Source: Eledone cirrhosa (Eukaryota). From it: DNA of 64,000 nt. Position 1 is the first letter of the stretch. Each line of letters starts with the position of its first letter. Positions 24,330-36,252 of this stretch are shown one piece after another. The stretch lies in the NCBI GenBank assembly GCA_964016885.1, contig OZ024743.1:72168001-72232000 (forward strand), given 5' to 3'. Made by a program: the position numbers and the translations under genes. Under the pieces are notes generated by a model. It had not been told where the DNA came from, did not search any database, and saw only the letters and a list, made by a program, of their open reading frames with translations.

Positions 24330-27300
24330 AAATGCAAATTTTATACCATCAGGATCGCACACTCCAGATGCAGCAACATACAGTTGCCCATGGCTGAATG
24401 CTGGATCATTCAAGTAGACACCGACTCGCTTGAAATCTGTCCCTGTGCCTTGTTGTCAGTCATGGAGAAGGCCAAATTGACGGGAAACTGTCTTCTTTGC
24501 CAAATGAATGGCAGCAGATCTTCACTTGGTCTCAGCATGATCCTCGGAACGAGAACTGATTCCTCTCTGCCTGGGAGTTTAGTTTCTAAATCTCCTCCGT
24601 TAATCAATCTCTCAACAATGAATGTGGTACCATTACAAAGAGCCATTTTATGATTGATATTTCTAAGCATTATAATCGGCATAACCTTTTTCAACCTCAA
24701 AATATGTGGGGGAAATCCGGGTATTTGAAGTGAATTCAGATACTCAGTCGGAACATCCATATTGTTCTACTGATTAGGCTCCATTGCATCCGCACTGACG
24801 GTCAACCATTCCTCTCCAGGAAACATTCCGGCTACTTGTGAATTTATTTCATCGAGTGTTGCATTCGTATGAGTTAGAATAACGCGTTCCGATATCCAGG
24901 AGATATTCTGCCAAAAAGCATTCAAATTAGGGAACACCCACTCAATCAATGCTTGGTGGTCCAGTGGCATGACCAAATGGTCTGGGATTCTTACAGTCTA
25001 ATTATCACCAACGTGTGGCAATTCATCGTTTCCCAACTGCATCAACCAACGACCGTATGTCTCAGCCTCTTCGTTTTGCCCGAACATACGAAGTCGCATA
25101 TTATTGTGTAATCGCAAAACTCTGAAATGGCGCCACAACGGGGACTTTTTATGACATGCATCGACAATTTGCGCTCTTTGAGCATTCCTAACAATTGGTA
25201 GCACCTGTCTGAAATCGCCACCAAGAACGATAGTCTTACCACCGAATGGCAGGTCACTACCGCAGATATCTCTCAAAGTTCTGTCCAATGCCTCCAGCAA
25301 ATATCTGTGTGCCATTGGAGCCTCGTCCCAAATAATCAGAGACGTATTGCGTATAAGGCCCGCGAGTTCACTTTGTCCTGTAATGGTACAGACACTCAAC
25401 TCATCCGGAGCCAATGGAGCCTTGAAGCATGAGTGGAAGGTTCTTCCACCACTCAGCAAAGTGGCAGTGAGCCCACTGGTGGCCACAGGGAGAGCAATCT
25501 TCCTCTGAGCTCTGACTGCCCATAACATAGTGTTGAAACAGAATGTCTTCAGGTGCCTCCTGGAGCATCTATGAAAGCACAAAGTTGCTCATTAGTGGAA
25601 ATCGAGTGGAGAACGCCATCGACCAATTCTCTCTGAGATTGGTCAACATTGGCATACGTTCATCCACAATACGTTGCTGTTCCAGTGGATCAAACTGGAA
25701 TAGTTCCCTCCGATCGAGTGGCAACCGTCTAAGCTGCAATCTCATGTTCAATGCTAAGACACGTTGCCACATTTCTTCATCAGGAATTGGCAAATTGAAA
25801 TCTGTTAAACATTTGAAATGAACTTCACGCAGTTGCTCAATATTGAGCAAAACAATAGCTTTCATCAAAGTTTCACCATCAACTTGAAGATGATGCCTAA
25901 AATCATCAGCCATAATTCCCCAATGGCGTTCAAATAAATCTCTTGGACGGCAGGATTGCAGAACCCTAGAATCGTGACAAACAACTGCCTTATTTGAGCT
26001 GGCGTCTGTGTTGTTCCTGCAGCTTTCATGGCGTTATTCCATTCAGCGTCAACCTGAAGGAGTCCCAGATGCTGACACACAACCTGGTATGTTTCATATT
26101 CCACGCCATTGATTGTTTTCAAATCAGCCAAGTTCTGTTTACCTCTCGAAAAATCATTATGCAACAGAATTCGGAGATAAAACACATCACCAGATGCTGG
26201 ATGGACATTACAAACCAGTCCAATAGTCATGAATCTCAACTTTTGTTTTCTATAATTCCATTTCTTTCCCTTCTTATCCCACGTATAGTGCGAAGGGAAA
26301 TGTCCGTAGAGTTGCCTTTGATCCGGGTTCAAAGCATGTTCCCTATTATGCTTGAACCACTCAGTCAATTCCGGCTTAGGAGGTGGTGCGTTAGCAATTC
26401 TTTCGACACCTCTTCTAGTGTCCTGAAAACAGACCATTTGCCTATTATCTAAGTGAACCGTCAGTTTCTGAACGCTGGGTTTGCGTTCATTGAGATGAAA
26501 ATCGAACAATCTCCAGCAAGCTTCGCTAGATACAATCGAGCGAACATCCTGGAAGATGCCAACTTCATCTCCTTGGTTCGCTTCCTCATACCTGACATTG
26601 ATTATTGCCCGATCATGACCTTTGTAAACATATTTGAATAGATATTTGCAAGCTTTCACTGAACTACAAATTTCCACATTAATATGACAACGATATTTCA
26701 TAATCAAATATAGATTGTATGGCACAACCCACTGATTTGTAACCTGTCGACGGTTTACATTTTCGACCAAATCGCCATCTGCAGGCGACCGTCTTCTGTA
26801 TGAGGGATGAGCAACCCTATCATTCCAGGGAGTGTTCGTGACAAAAGATTTCGGAAAGTGCTTACTGCATTTGCCATTTTTCATGCAAGGTGCTTTCCGA
26901 TTTGCCACTCCGCATTGTTTGTGCACCATTGACTTTGCCACCAAGTTGCGTAGTACCTCATTCTCCGGCAGCTCAGCACACACAACGCTGTCGACATCCT
27001 CAGCAGATCTCAATTTGAAATCTCTATGTAAAATGATCAGCAAATATGCATGTGGCAATCCTCTTTTTGGGAATTCAATTACGTATGTAAAAGCAACTAT
27101 AACTCCAAAGATTCCCTCTTTTTCCACATCATCCATTATCTTTTTCAGATATCCTTTGAATACAATATCAGGACGGTCCTTTCGCTGTTGTCCTGGCAAG
27201 AGTGCATCCTTAATATCAGTCCATTCAGGATTGCATGTAACCGTTATAAACAAATCTGGCTTTCCAAACATTCTGACAATAGCCATTGCATCCTGATAGT

Positions 27301-28842
27301 GAATCTTCATATATCTCGGGCCGCCGATGAACGACGATGGCAAAATGATGCGTCGACAAATTTGCTTGTAATTGGCATCATCGGCTGTTATCGGATCCTG
27401 TATATTATTATACAATTCTGCTCTGATATGTTGCTGATGTATAACTATATAATTTGGCCTTTGATTTTCGATCTTTCGATCTTTGCGAATGCCATACAAC
27501 AGTATTCCTGGAACAATCTGCTGGCTTGAAATCGCGGATTTCTCTGTTGATTCCTCTCGTTCAAATGGAAAGCGTCAAAGTCGCGAATCGAATTATTGTG
27601 TCTATTGCCGCCTCCCTGTTGATGCTGATTCTCATGATCATCTATATGAACAGACATGTTCCAACCATTTTCACCTTTTGGGAATAAAATAACATAGTGC
27701 AATGGATCGTATGCCCTATTTGACTCATTGATAGTCTTCAGACCACTATCTCTGCGATTGAGGACGATATCTCTCGATCCAGGCTTATCGTCCATCAACA
27801 CAACTTCACGAAATCCTTCAGGGGCATTATATCGCTGTTCGTGTTGATTCCTTGGCACTGCATCAGCCTTAATCACCAATGTTTGCTGCTGAACATTTTG
27901 CAGTTCAGCCACCAACATGAAATCCATAACATAAGGATTACACTGTCTAAGCCATGCTTGCAAAAAACGGATCAAATCACTTAACCTTTGCCGTTCAAGT
28001 TCAGTTATATTTCCCGGCAACTTCATACAACCGATCCTGATATCCTCCTCCGATTCACTATAATCTGGATCGTTAACCTAAATTTGAGCGAATTGAGGCC
28101 CCTCTGCTGGGGTAACTTCTAAATTACCGATGCAATGATACAAACGGTCTTGAATGTCTACATTTGGTTGCCATCCTCCACTCTCAAACATATCTCTAAC
28201 TCTCTGCGATGCTAAAGCTAATGAATTGTTAATTTGCCGCGAATATTTGCGCAGTAATCTACCTCGGTCTCCTTGATCACCCACATACTTAGTATTTTAA
28301 ACTCCGGAGACGCCTCATCATCCGGCATTCGCAAGGGTTCTAGTTTAACTGCTTTTTTGACAGCACATTGTGGTCCATGTCTTTTCGTGCCTCCAAAGCA
28401 ATGCTTCACAATGTGGACACTCTGCTCGTCCACCAATGTGAAAATGACACGGTTGCCATGATCTATTTTTAATATCATCCGTTCGCCTTCTGGCCTCTTT
28501 ACTGGAATGAGGAGCACTTTGGCGACACATTCTCTGAACTTCTGTATTGCGCTGGCGCTGTTCAGCCAGCTCCTCTTCATCCATCGCAGCACGCCGTTGC
28601 TGCTGAATTCTGTCCATCTGCTGATGATGCTCAGCCAGTTCGTCTTCAACCATCGCAGCACACCGTCGCTGCTTGGCTCCTGTGTTTCGTTGGCGCTGTT
28701 CAGCCAGCTCCTCTTCATTCTGGGCGTTCCGATGGCGTTGTTCGGCCCGTTTTTCTTCATTGCTGGCTGCACGCCGTCGCCGCTGTAGTTCACTGTTTGA
28801 TAAAGTCGAATTGGTTTTATTATCAGTATTCATTTCGAGCAA
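24330..28842 (-). pseudogene. Helitron Rep/PIF1-helicase (RepHel), frameshifted into many ORFs
   Basis: N-terminal EELAEQRQRN repeats and CPHC..MCC. Rep motifs GKPDLFITVTCNPEW, YVIEFPKRGLPHAY (HUH broken) and KYLFKYVYKG. Helicase motifs DAPGGT/KT (Walker A frameshifted), IIWDEAPM, GGDFRQVLP, CNGT, RRQFP..AFSMT.NKAQGQ and FSHGQLYVA. Confidence 0.93.
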
Positions 28843-28865
28843 TTGTCAAAAGATGACACAATAGT

Positions 28866-29266
28866 AAATATAAAAGATGTCCGTCAATGTAAAAAAAGGT
28901 CCCTATTTACTCTCTTCACAACTCTGAGTAGGTTAGACTGACAGACAGGCACACAGACAGACAAACTGCGTGGCGATTGTGGAACGCCACACACATACAC
29001 GCATGGAAACGCACATACGCACGCAAACTTACACACGCACACACTCACACATGTAGATGGTTTTAATAAATATAAAAGATGTTCGTCAATGTAAGAAAAG
29101 ATCCCTATTTACTCCCTTCACAACTCTGTGTATGTTAGACTGGTAGACAGACACACATGCAGATAAGCTGCATGGCTATTGTGGAACGCCACACACATGC
29201 ACACATGGGAACGCGCACACGCACGCAAACTTACACACGCACACAGTCACACATGCTGATAGTTTT
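28866..29266. repeat. ~200-bp tandem duplication in the Helitron 5' region
   Basis: aaatataaaagatgt.cgtcaatg...gtggaacgccacacacat...cgcacgcaaacttacacacgcacac at 28866 and 29068. Confidence 0.85.
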
Positions 29267-29358
29267 GGCATCGTTGAGGTGGACGGAGTCGCTTGAAAAC
29301 TATGAACCAATGATAATCGAGAATTATGTCACACGGAATAATGACGTTGTTGAAATTA

Positions 29359-29470
<112 letters not shown>

Positions 29471-29509
29471 GCGTGCGTGCGTGTGTGTGCGTGTGTGTAT
29501 ATGTATATA

Positions 29510-29650
29510 TTCGGATCTAGCTGTCGAAACGGTTGGAGCTCAGTCGTCGGGTTCCTGACTCTTATCTTATTATCCACTCTACTAACCTAGTTATCAAGTA
29601 CTCTGGTGCGTTATGGTCCCCCTGGTTTTTTACTACACATTCTTGTTATA
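29510..29650 (+). repeat. 3' half of the hammerhead-bearing PLE terminal family
   Basis: ggatctagctgtc-GAAA-CGGT..GTCG-TC-gggttcc; matches 12701 and 51061. Confidence 0.65.
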
Positions 29651-30027
29651 TATATATAAACACACACATACATGTGTGCGCATTTTAATATATGTATGCA
29701 TATACACATGTGTACATGTATATATGTACACAAATATATTTATATATCTCTCTCTATATATATATGAAATTTGAAATGTATGCATCCCAAAGCTAATGAC
29801 CACATATGTATATGTATATATGTGTTTATGTATATATATGTGTACCTGTACATGCTTACAGTTATGTATCAGCTGTGGTAGGGCGAGAAAGAAAATTCTA
29901 ATTTTATTTTCAATATTCGATAAGGCCAGTCGTAATTCGATCGGTATGCAAATGAGGCAACTCAACCGGTGAGTACTTAAAATATAATATATATTTTCAA
30001 ACGCTCAATAGATTGGCAGAGGTATAC

Positions 30028-30131
30028 ATTCCTGACGAACGATAATGACCTAGAAACCTGTTGAGTGTTCCTCAAAGCCAGTGTTGAACAAACAGAAGAC
30101 GATAGGTCACCGGCATGAAACATATTCCAAT
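30028..30131 (+). ncRNA. Degenerate type I hammerhead with long stem II
   Basis: attc-CTGACGA-..TGACCTA...TAGGTCA..-GAAA-catat-TC-caat. Confidence 0.4.
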
Positions 30132-30216
30132 CGGGCCGTTTGTTTACAAACAGATCGAACACTATTATAAATGTTCGATATAACACACACGTACATATGT
30201 ATATGCATATATGTGT

Positions 30217-30273
<57 letters not shown>

Positions 30274-30361
30274 TGTACCTGTGCATACTTACATTTATGT
30301 ATTTGCTGTGCAAGGGCAAGAAATAAAATTCTAATTTTGTATATATATATATATATATATA

Positions 30362-30716
30362 TAAATTAGAATTGGCGGTCTGAATTAGCGATATATATAT
30401 GAATGTATATATAGTGTATTTTGCAATACACTATTGTTTTAGAGTAGTGACAGTCTCACTCATTTTAAATTTTCAGCAAACAAGGGAGATATAGCTGACA
30501 GATCTTTGTTTCGTACTGATTAGTACTTAGCAAAGCCAAGTACTCCACCTATTTGCTGAAAATGATGAATGTTTGATTCTTATGGAATATCTAGTAATAA
30601 TCAGGAACTGATTATACAGAGCGGTTGCCGGTCAAGCAGAAACTGAAAATTAGAATTGGCGCTCTGAAATAGCGATATATATATGAATGTATATATAGTG
30701 TATTTTGCAGTACACT
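30362..30716 (-). mobile_element. ~285-bp non-coding unit with ~70-bp terminal direct repeat and an internal hammerhead (same family as 14760-15075)
   Basis: aattagaattggcg...gtgtattttgca.tacact at ~30364 and ~30648. Confidence 0.7.
30492..30538 (-). ncRNA. Minimal type I hammerhead, U3-A8 core (A6 mutated)
   Basis: Minus: TGGCT-TTGCTAA-GTAC-taatca-GTAC-GAAA-CAAAGATCTG-TC-AGCTA. Confidence 0.6.
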
Positions 30717-30852
30717 GTATGCATATATATATGTATACATCTTCACGGATTACACATATTTGAACCTTGATCCTGAGAATCTAACGCATCCCAAGGATTT
30801 TACTCAGCATTCCACAACATCTTTTTACGGAATTACCTTTACGAGTCACCCC

Positions 30853-31540
30853 ATGTAGTGTTTTTGCATAATATGCCACGAAACTACGTAGTCGGGGAGT
30901 ATAGAAGCAGCTTAGGTATGATATATCTTATTACTAATTATTTCTAATGTTTCTTCTCCATAATGTATTATATAGCTCTCATACTGAATTAATCTAATCC
31001 ATTCGGATTGGTTTGTTCCAGTTATTCATAGAGCAACATCGGTTGAGGTTGGTACCACTAACTCAGGGATATATGTGGATATATTCATGTGTATATATGT
31101 GTCCGCATGTATCTGTGTGTTTCTTTATCGAGTAACATTTGAAGTGTAGTGACTGCTGGATAGCTACCATTACTCACACTTCTCGCCTCCTCAAACCACC
31201 TCTTCTACGGCTTTGATATAAATACCGCCTCCGTCTCCGTGGTATTTTTTCAGGGTTATAAGGGGCTTAGCTCTGTTTATTGACCGCTGTATCACGTGAT
31301 TGACTTCCCCTCCGCCTTACGAAATTCTATCTCGCGCATCACAGACGTGTTTTGAAACCCTTAATGATGTATCCTCTTGATAAGTCGCAAACCTCACAAA
31401 AACTCTATATCTCTATGATGTAGTGTTTTTGCATAATATGCCACGAAACTACGTAGTCGGGGACTATAGAAGCAGTTTAGGTATGATATATCTTATTACT
31501 AATTATATCTAATGTTTCTTCTCTCTTCATAATGTATTAT
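30853..31540 (+). mobile_element. Non-coding element with ~120-bp direct terminal repeats carrying hammerhead cleavage sites (pLTR- or retrozyme-like)
   Basis: atgtagtgtttttgcataatatgccacgaaactacgtagtcgggga... at 30853 and 31418; period ~565 bp. Confidence 0.75.
31372..31463 (+). ncRNA. Type I hammerhead with U3-A8 core and extended stem II
   Basis: TCCTC-TTGATAA-GTcGCA..CAAAAACtCTATATC-tctat-GATGTAGtGTTTTTG..TGCcAC-GAAA-CTACGTAG-TC-GGGGA; palindromic stem III ACTACGTAGT. Confidence 0.72.
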
Positions 31541-31579
31541 ATCTGTATATATATATATACATACATACATACACAGACT

Positions 31580-31682
<103 letters not shown>

Positions 31683-31698
31683 GACCCCCCCAAAGCAT

Positions 31699-31735
<37 letters not shown>

Positions 31736-31819
31736 TATATATATATATGTATATATATATGTTTATATATATATATATATATATATGAATATATATATAT
31801 ATATGTATATATATATGTT

Positions 31820-31874
<55 letters not shown>

Positions 31875-32347
31875 ATATATATATTCGTTGATCTCTATTC
31901 CATCTAAAAACACTATCGTCTATCGTTTCAATATTTTGCTCACTGATACATATCAAAACTGAATAGCTATCCGGAGGCTACATAGTAACTGAAGTAAACA
32001 AGTACATCCATATTAATTATGCTTGAAGCATTCATCTAATTAAAACCCAATAAATTCTCGTTTGTTCGCAATTGCCTGAGTCCTGCCTCGTGGTTTGTTT
32101 AATTAATGATTGTTTCCCTCTTTTTGTCTGAAATATTTCAGGTTTGCAGGGAATAAATTATCAGATGAGAGAATTAAATCAATACACACACAAGAAAAAA
32201 AACAAAAAAAAACACATATGAATACCATTTCAAAGTTCATCTAGATTTAACATATTGTTACTTTACGGAGAAACTGGGTTTCAAAGAAAATGTCGAAATA
32301 TACATTATAAAATATACATCCATATATTGAATACGCCAAATAGATGT

Positions 32348-32385
<38 letters not shown>

Positions 32386-32695
32386 AATATATATGTATAT
32401 ATATGTGTGTGTGTGTGTGTGTTGTGTGTGTGTCTGTGTGTGTGTCTGTGTGTGTGTGTCTGTGTGTGTCTGTGTGTGTCTGTGTGTGTGTGTGTGTGAT
32501 ATTAAGTCGATAAACCTGACCTTCGTATAGAATCACTGCTTAAAACCTACGAAAATATACAAATCAATGACTGATCAAACGATAAAATATGGCTGATGTA
32601 ATAAATATTCCATAACCGTTATATTTCATTTTATGTATATTTTCGATGTTTCTTTTAGGGAGACTCTCCCTGAAGTACTAAACAAGTAGTACGTT

Positions 32696-32829
<134 letters not shown>

Positions 32830-32834
32830 TCATT

Positions 32835-33175
32835 ATTAGCCCCACACTCAACGAAACAGTCTACACCTCCTCTATGCAATCCTCTGCCTCCTTCACTGTG
32901 TTTGTCACCAGCACTAAGTCATCGGCAAATTCAGCATCCGATATCTTTTTCGCCTTAACTCTCCTGCTCTGAGCCGGTGTTACTGTAAAGTCATAGTCCT
33001 GGTGTTTCTCAAGTGCAAGGTGCATACAATAGTCCTCGGTGGGAGCCCTGTATCGAGTGGAAGAGGAAGGCCGAGGTTAACATATGCTAATGCCCTGAGG
33101 ACAGACACTGGTCTGTTGGACACGCAGGACATGGCAGCGATAATTAGGGACAAAGACCATGGATCTCGGGAATTG
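32835..33175. mobile_element. RTE-clade LINE remnant with internal inversion
   Basis: Minus 32992-32840: [36 protein letters not shown] (RT FADD). Plus 33020-33160: [27 protein letters not shown] (RTE C-terminus). Confidence 0.7.
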
Positions 33176-33249
<74 letters not shown>

Positions 33250-33341
33250 GAAAATAGAGACATTAATGTAAGCAAGAAGCCAACAGTATTTCATAATATA
33301 CAAGTGACTATAACGTCAAAATGGAAAATAATTAGCGTAAG

Positions 33342-33425
<84 letters not shown>

Positions 33426-33482
33426 TGTCTGTGTGTACATTTTATTAACCCTAAATAGAGAGAGTCTCGCCTTTTTATAACA

Positions 33483-33539
33483 GAGCTATCAGTCTGATGA
33501 GGCCGTGTCAAATAGGCGAAACACCAGGGTAACAACTCT
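33483..33539 (+). ncRNA. Type I hammerhead ribozyme, canonical core
   Basis: AGAGctatcaGT-CTGATGA-g-GCC-gtgtcaaata-GGC-GAAA-Caccagg-G-TA-ACaaCTCT, in a ~170-bp island between microsatellites. Confidence 0.6.
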
Positions 33540-33597
33540 CACTAATTAGCCTTAATAAAATATATTTTAAATAACTACTTCCTGGGTTATATATCCA

Positions 33598-33672
<75 letters not shown>

Positions 33673-34031
33673 TTGAGTGTGTGTGAGTGTGTGTGCGTGA
33701 GAGAAAGATTACCGGGTTCAATCAAAGTTAACCACAATAAGTAAGGTACTCAATATATCAGTAGAATGTAAAAATCAAATTTAATATAGAAATGGCTCCT
33801 ACAGGACTAAAACTGTTTCATCACTTTCCTTATGATTTCCTTCGAATGAAAAAGTTATTGTCCTGTAGAGGCAATTTATGTCTCTCTCCTTTTCTCTCTC
33901 TCTCTCTCACTCTCATTCTCTCTCTTTCTCTCTCTCTCTATCTCTCTCTCTCTCTTTCTATCTGTCTATCTAACTATCTATCTCTGTATCTATGTATTTA
34001 TCTATTTATCTATCTATATCTCTCTCTCTCC

Positions 34032-34064
<33 letters not shown>

Positions 34065-34172
34065 CATATATATAACCAAAAGTTTATATGGTTCGTTGAT
34101 TATTCAACGAATTCAATTTTACAATAGATTAGATGCACTTAACAGTTTTAATGAAACCACCCTCTACTAAGG

Positions 34173-34236
<64 letters not shown>

Positions 34237-34238
<2 letters not shown>

Positions 34239-34422
34239 GGTTTCCAGGGATGGTTAAAGAAAATCGGCCCCTTCACGCTTTTTGGAACGCTTCAAAAGGC
34301 ATGCTTGCTTGGAACAGCAAGAACCCTCCGATACGTCCTGAATATCTGAGGCTGCAGGTAGTGGCTTGATATTCAATCCAACGGACTTTCCAGTTAACCA
34401 ACATCAATGACTGAGATTCAAG

Positions 34423-34424
<2 letters not shown>
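34237..34424 (+). mobile_element. Extremely 5'-truncated Dong/R4 copy in (TAA)n
   Basis: Matches 39536-39720 with no mismatch seen by eye; (TAA)n on both sides. Confidence 0.92.
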
Positions 34425-34466
<42 letters not shown>

Positions 34467-34743
34467 TTCGATATTTAAACACTCTTATCGAGGATTGGCG
34501 AATGTATGTTTACATAGCCATCTGTGGGTCCGCCATCCCACTTGGCCCTTGTGTGGCATTATCACCACGCTGTATACGAACACACATAAACAAACAAACA
34601 CACAGGCAGAAAGGGCCCCAGAAATGAATAAGCATAAGTTTCATTGTAATGTAGTGTTCGAATGTCTGACTTAGTTTTAGTTTTTTAAGTTTTACTTTTT
34701 CCCCCCTCTTCTCTGTCCGTCCGCCTGCTTCTCTCTTCATTCT

Positions 34744-36084
34744 TATTTTCTTTACGTTTTGGGGGTTTCTTTTTTTTGTTTTTGTTTTTCTCTGTTTGTT
34801 TTTCTCGTTTTTTGCTGTTGTTGCTGTGCTGCTTTGGTTTTGTTGTTTGTTTTTTTCTTTTTTCTTTTGGGTCTATCTATATATTTTGATGCCTTCCTCT
34901 TTGTTAGTAGTAGGAATTCTATAATGTGGAAGTAGCAGCCAGCAGGGAAGTGGGAGACTGTCGGCGTTAGCGATACTGAGACAGTGGTGGTGGTGATGTC
35001 GATACCGAGGCAGTGGTGGCGGTGATGTGACCGTATTACTGTAGTGATGGTGCTGTAGCGGAGTCAAGGGGTGGTGGCGGCGGTGCTGGGATATTGGTGG
35101 TAATGATGGCCGCAGTGAGCGGTGGCGGTGAAGGTGAAAATGTGACGTTATCTGGCTGTTGTGTTTAGTGTACACAGATGATGGGGTGGGTGGTGTATCT
35201 AGTTTCTGGTGTTGGTGAGTTTAGCTGTCCTATATAGTGTAGCCAGAGGAGAGGAGGGGAGGGGTTCTTCTTCCATTTATAGCCATTTTTTTTTTTTTTT
35301 TTTGGATATACAGTGTACAATACAAAGTTGAATATTTGAATATTTGAGCCTTATAACAATATATTTTCTTTACGTTTTGAGTCTTATAACAATATATTTT
35401 CTTTACGTTTTGAGCCTTATAACAATATATTTTCTTTACGTTTTGAGCCTTATAACAATATATTTTCTTTACGTTTTGGGGGTTTCTTTTTTTTGTTTTT
35501 GTTTTTCTCTGTTTGTTTTTCTCGTTTTTTGCTGTTGTTGCTGTGCTGCTTTGGTTTTGTTGTTTGTTTTTTCTTTTTTCTTTTGGGTCTATCTATATAT
35601 TTTGATGCCTTCCTCTTTGTTAGTAGTAGGAATTCTATAATGTGGGAGTAGCAGCCAGCAGGGAAGTGGGAGACTGGCGGCGTTAGCGATACTGAGACAG
35701 TGGTGGTGGTGATGTCGATACCGAGGCAGTGGTGGCGGTGATGTGACCGTATTACTGTAGTGATGGTGCTGTAGCGGAGTCAAGGGGTGGTGGCGGCGGT
35801 GATGGGATAGTGGTGGTAATGATGGCCGTAGTGAGCGGTGGCGGTGAAGGTGAAAATGTGTCGTTATCTGGCTGTTGTGTTTAGTGTACACATATGATGG
35901 GGTGGGTGGTGTATCTAGTTTCTGGTGTTGGTGAGTTTAGCTGTCCTATATAGTGTAGCCAGAGGAGAGGAGGGGAGGGGTTCTTCTTCCATTTATAGCC
36001 ATTTTTTGGGGGGGATATACAGTGTACAATACAAAGTTGAATATTTGAATATTTGAATATTTGAGCCTTATAACAATATATTTT
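34744..36084. repeat. ~620-bp direct duplication with a 33-bp x4 tandem array at the junction
   Basis: 34744-35366 is nearly identical to 35461-36084. The unit ttgagccttataacaatatattttctttacgtt repeats at ~35344-35477. Confidence 0.92.
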
Positions 36085-36252
36085 GGGTCCGAATTTTTTG
36101 GGGCTCAAGCCGGGTGCTTTACGTAGCATTTGTGCTAAGAGTTGTTATTTCACAAATGGTTTAAATATGTTAAAAATTCAAAACTTACGGGAGCGATTTC
36201 ATGACCTCCGTCACCTCGTGCGTCTTCTTCCCTCAGTTCGAATAACGGTGAA

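Noticed and set aside
24051-28864. Plus-strand ORFs (e.g. 24051..24653, 26832..27296)
   Set aside because: They are antisense shadows of the Helitron RepHel frame.
35343-35478. 33-bp repeats of CRISPR-like length
   Set aside because: The repeats are contiguous with no spacers, there are no cas genes, and the context is eukaryotic.
34873-35891. Duplicated 100-aa His/Pro-rich ORFs
   Set aside because: They arise from (GGT/GGC)-rich low-complexity sequence inside the 620-bp duplication, with no coding evidence.
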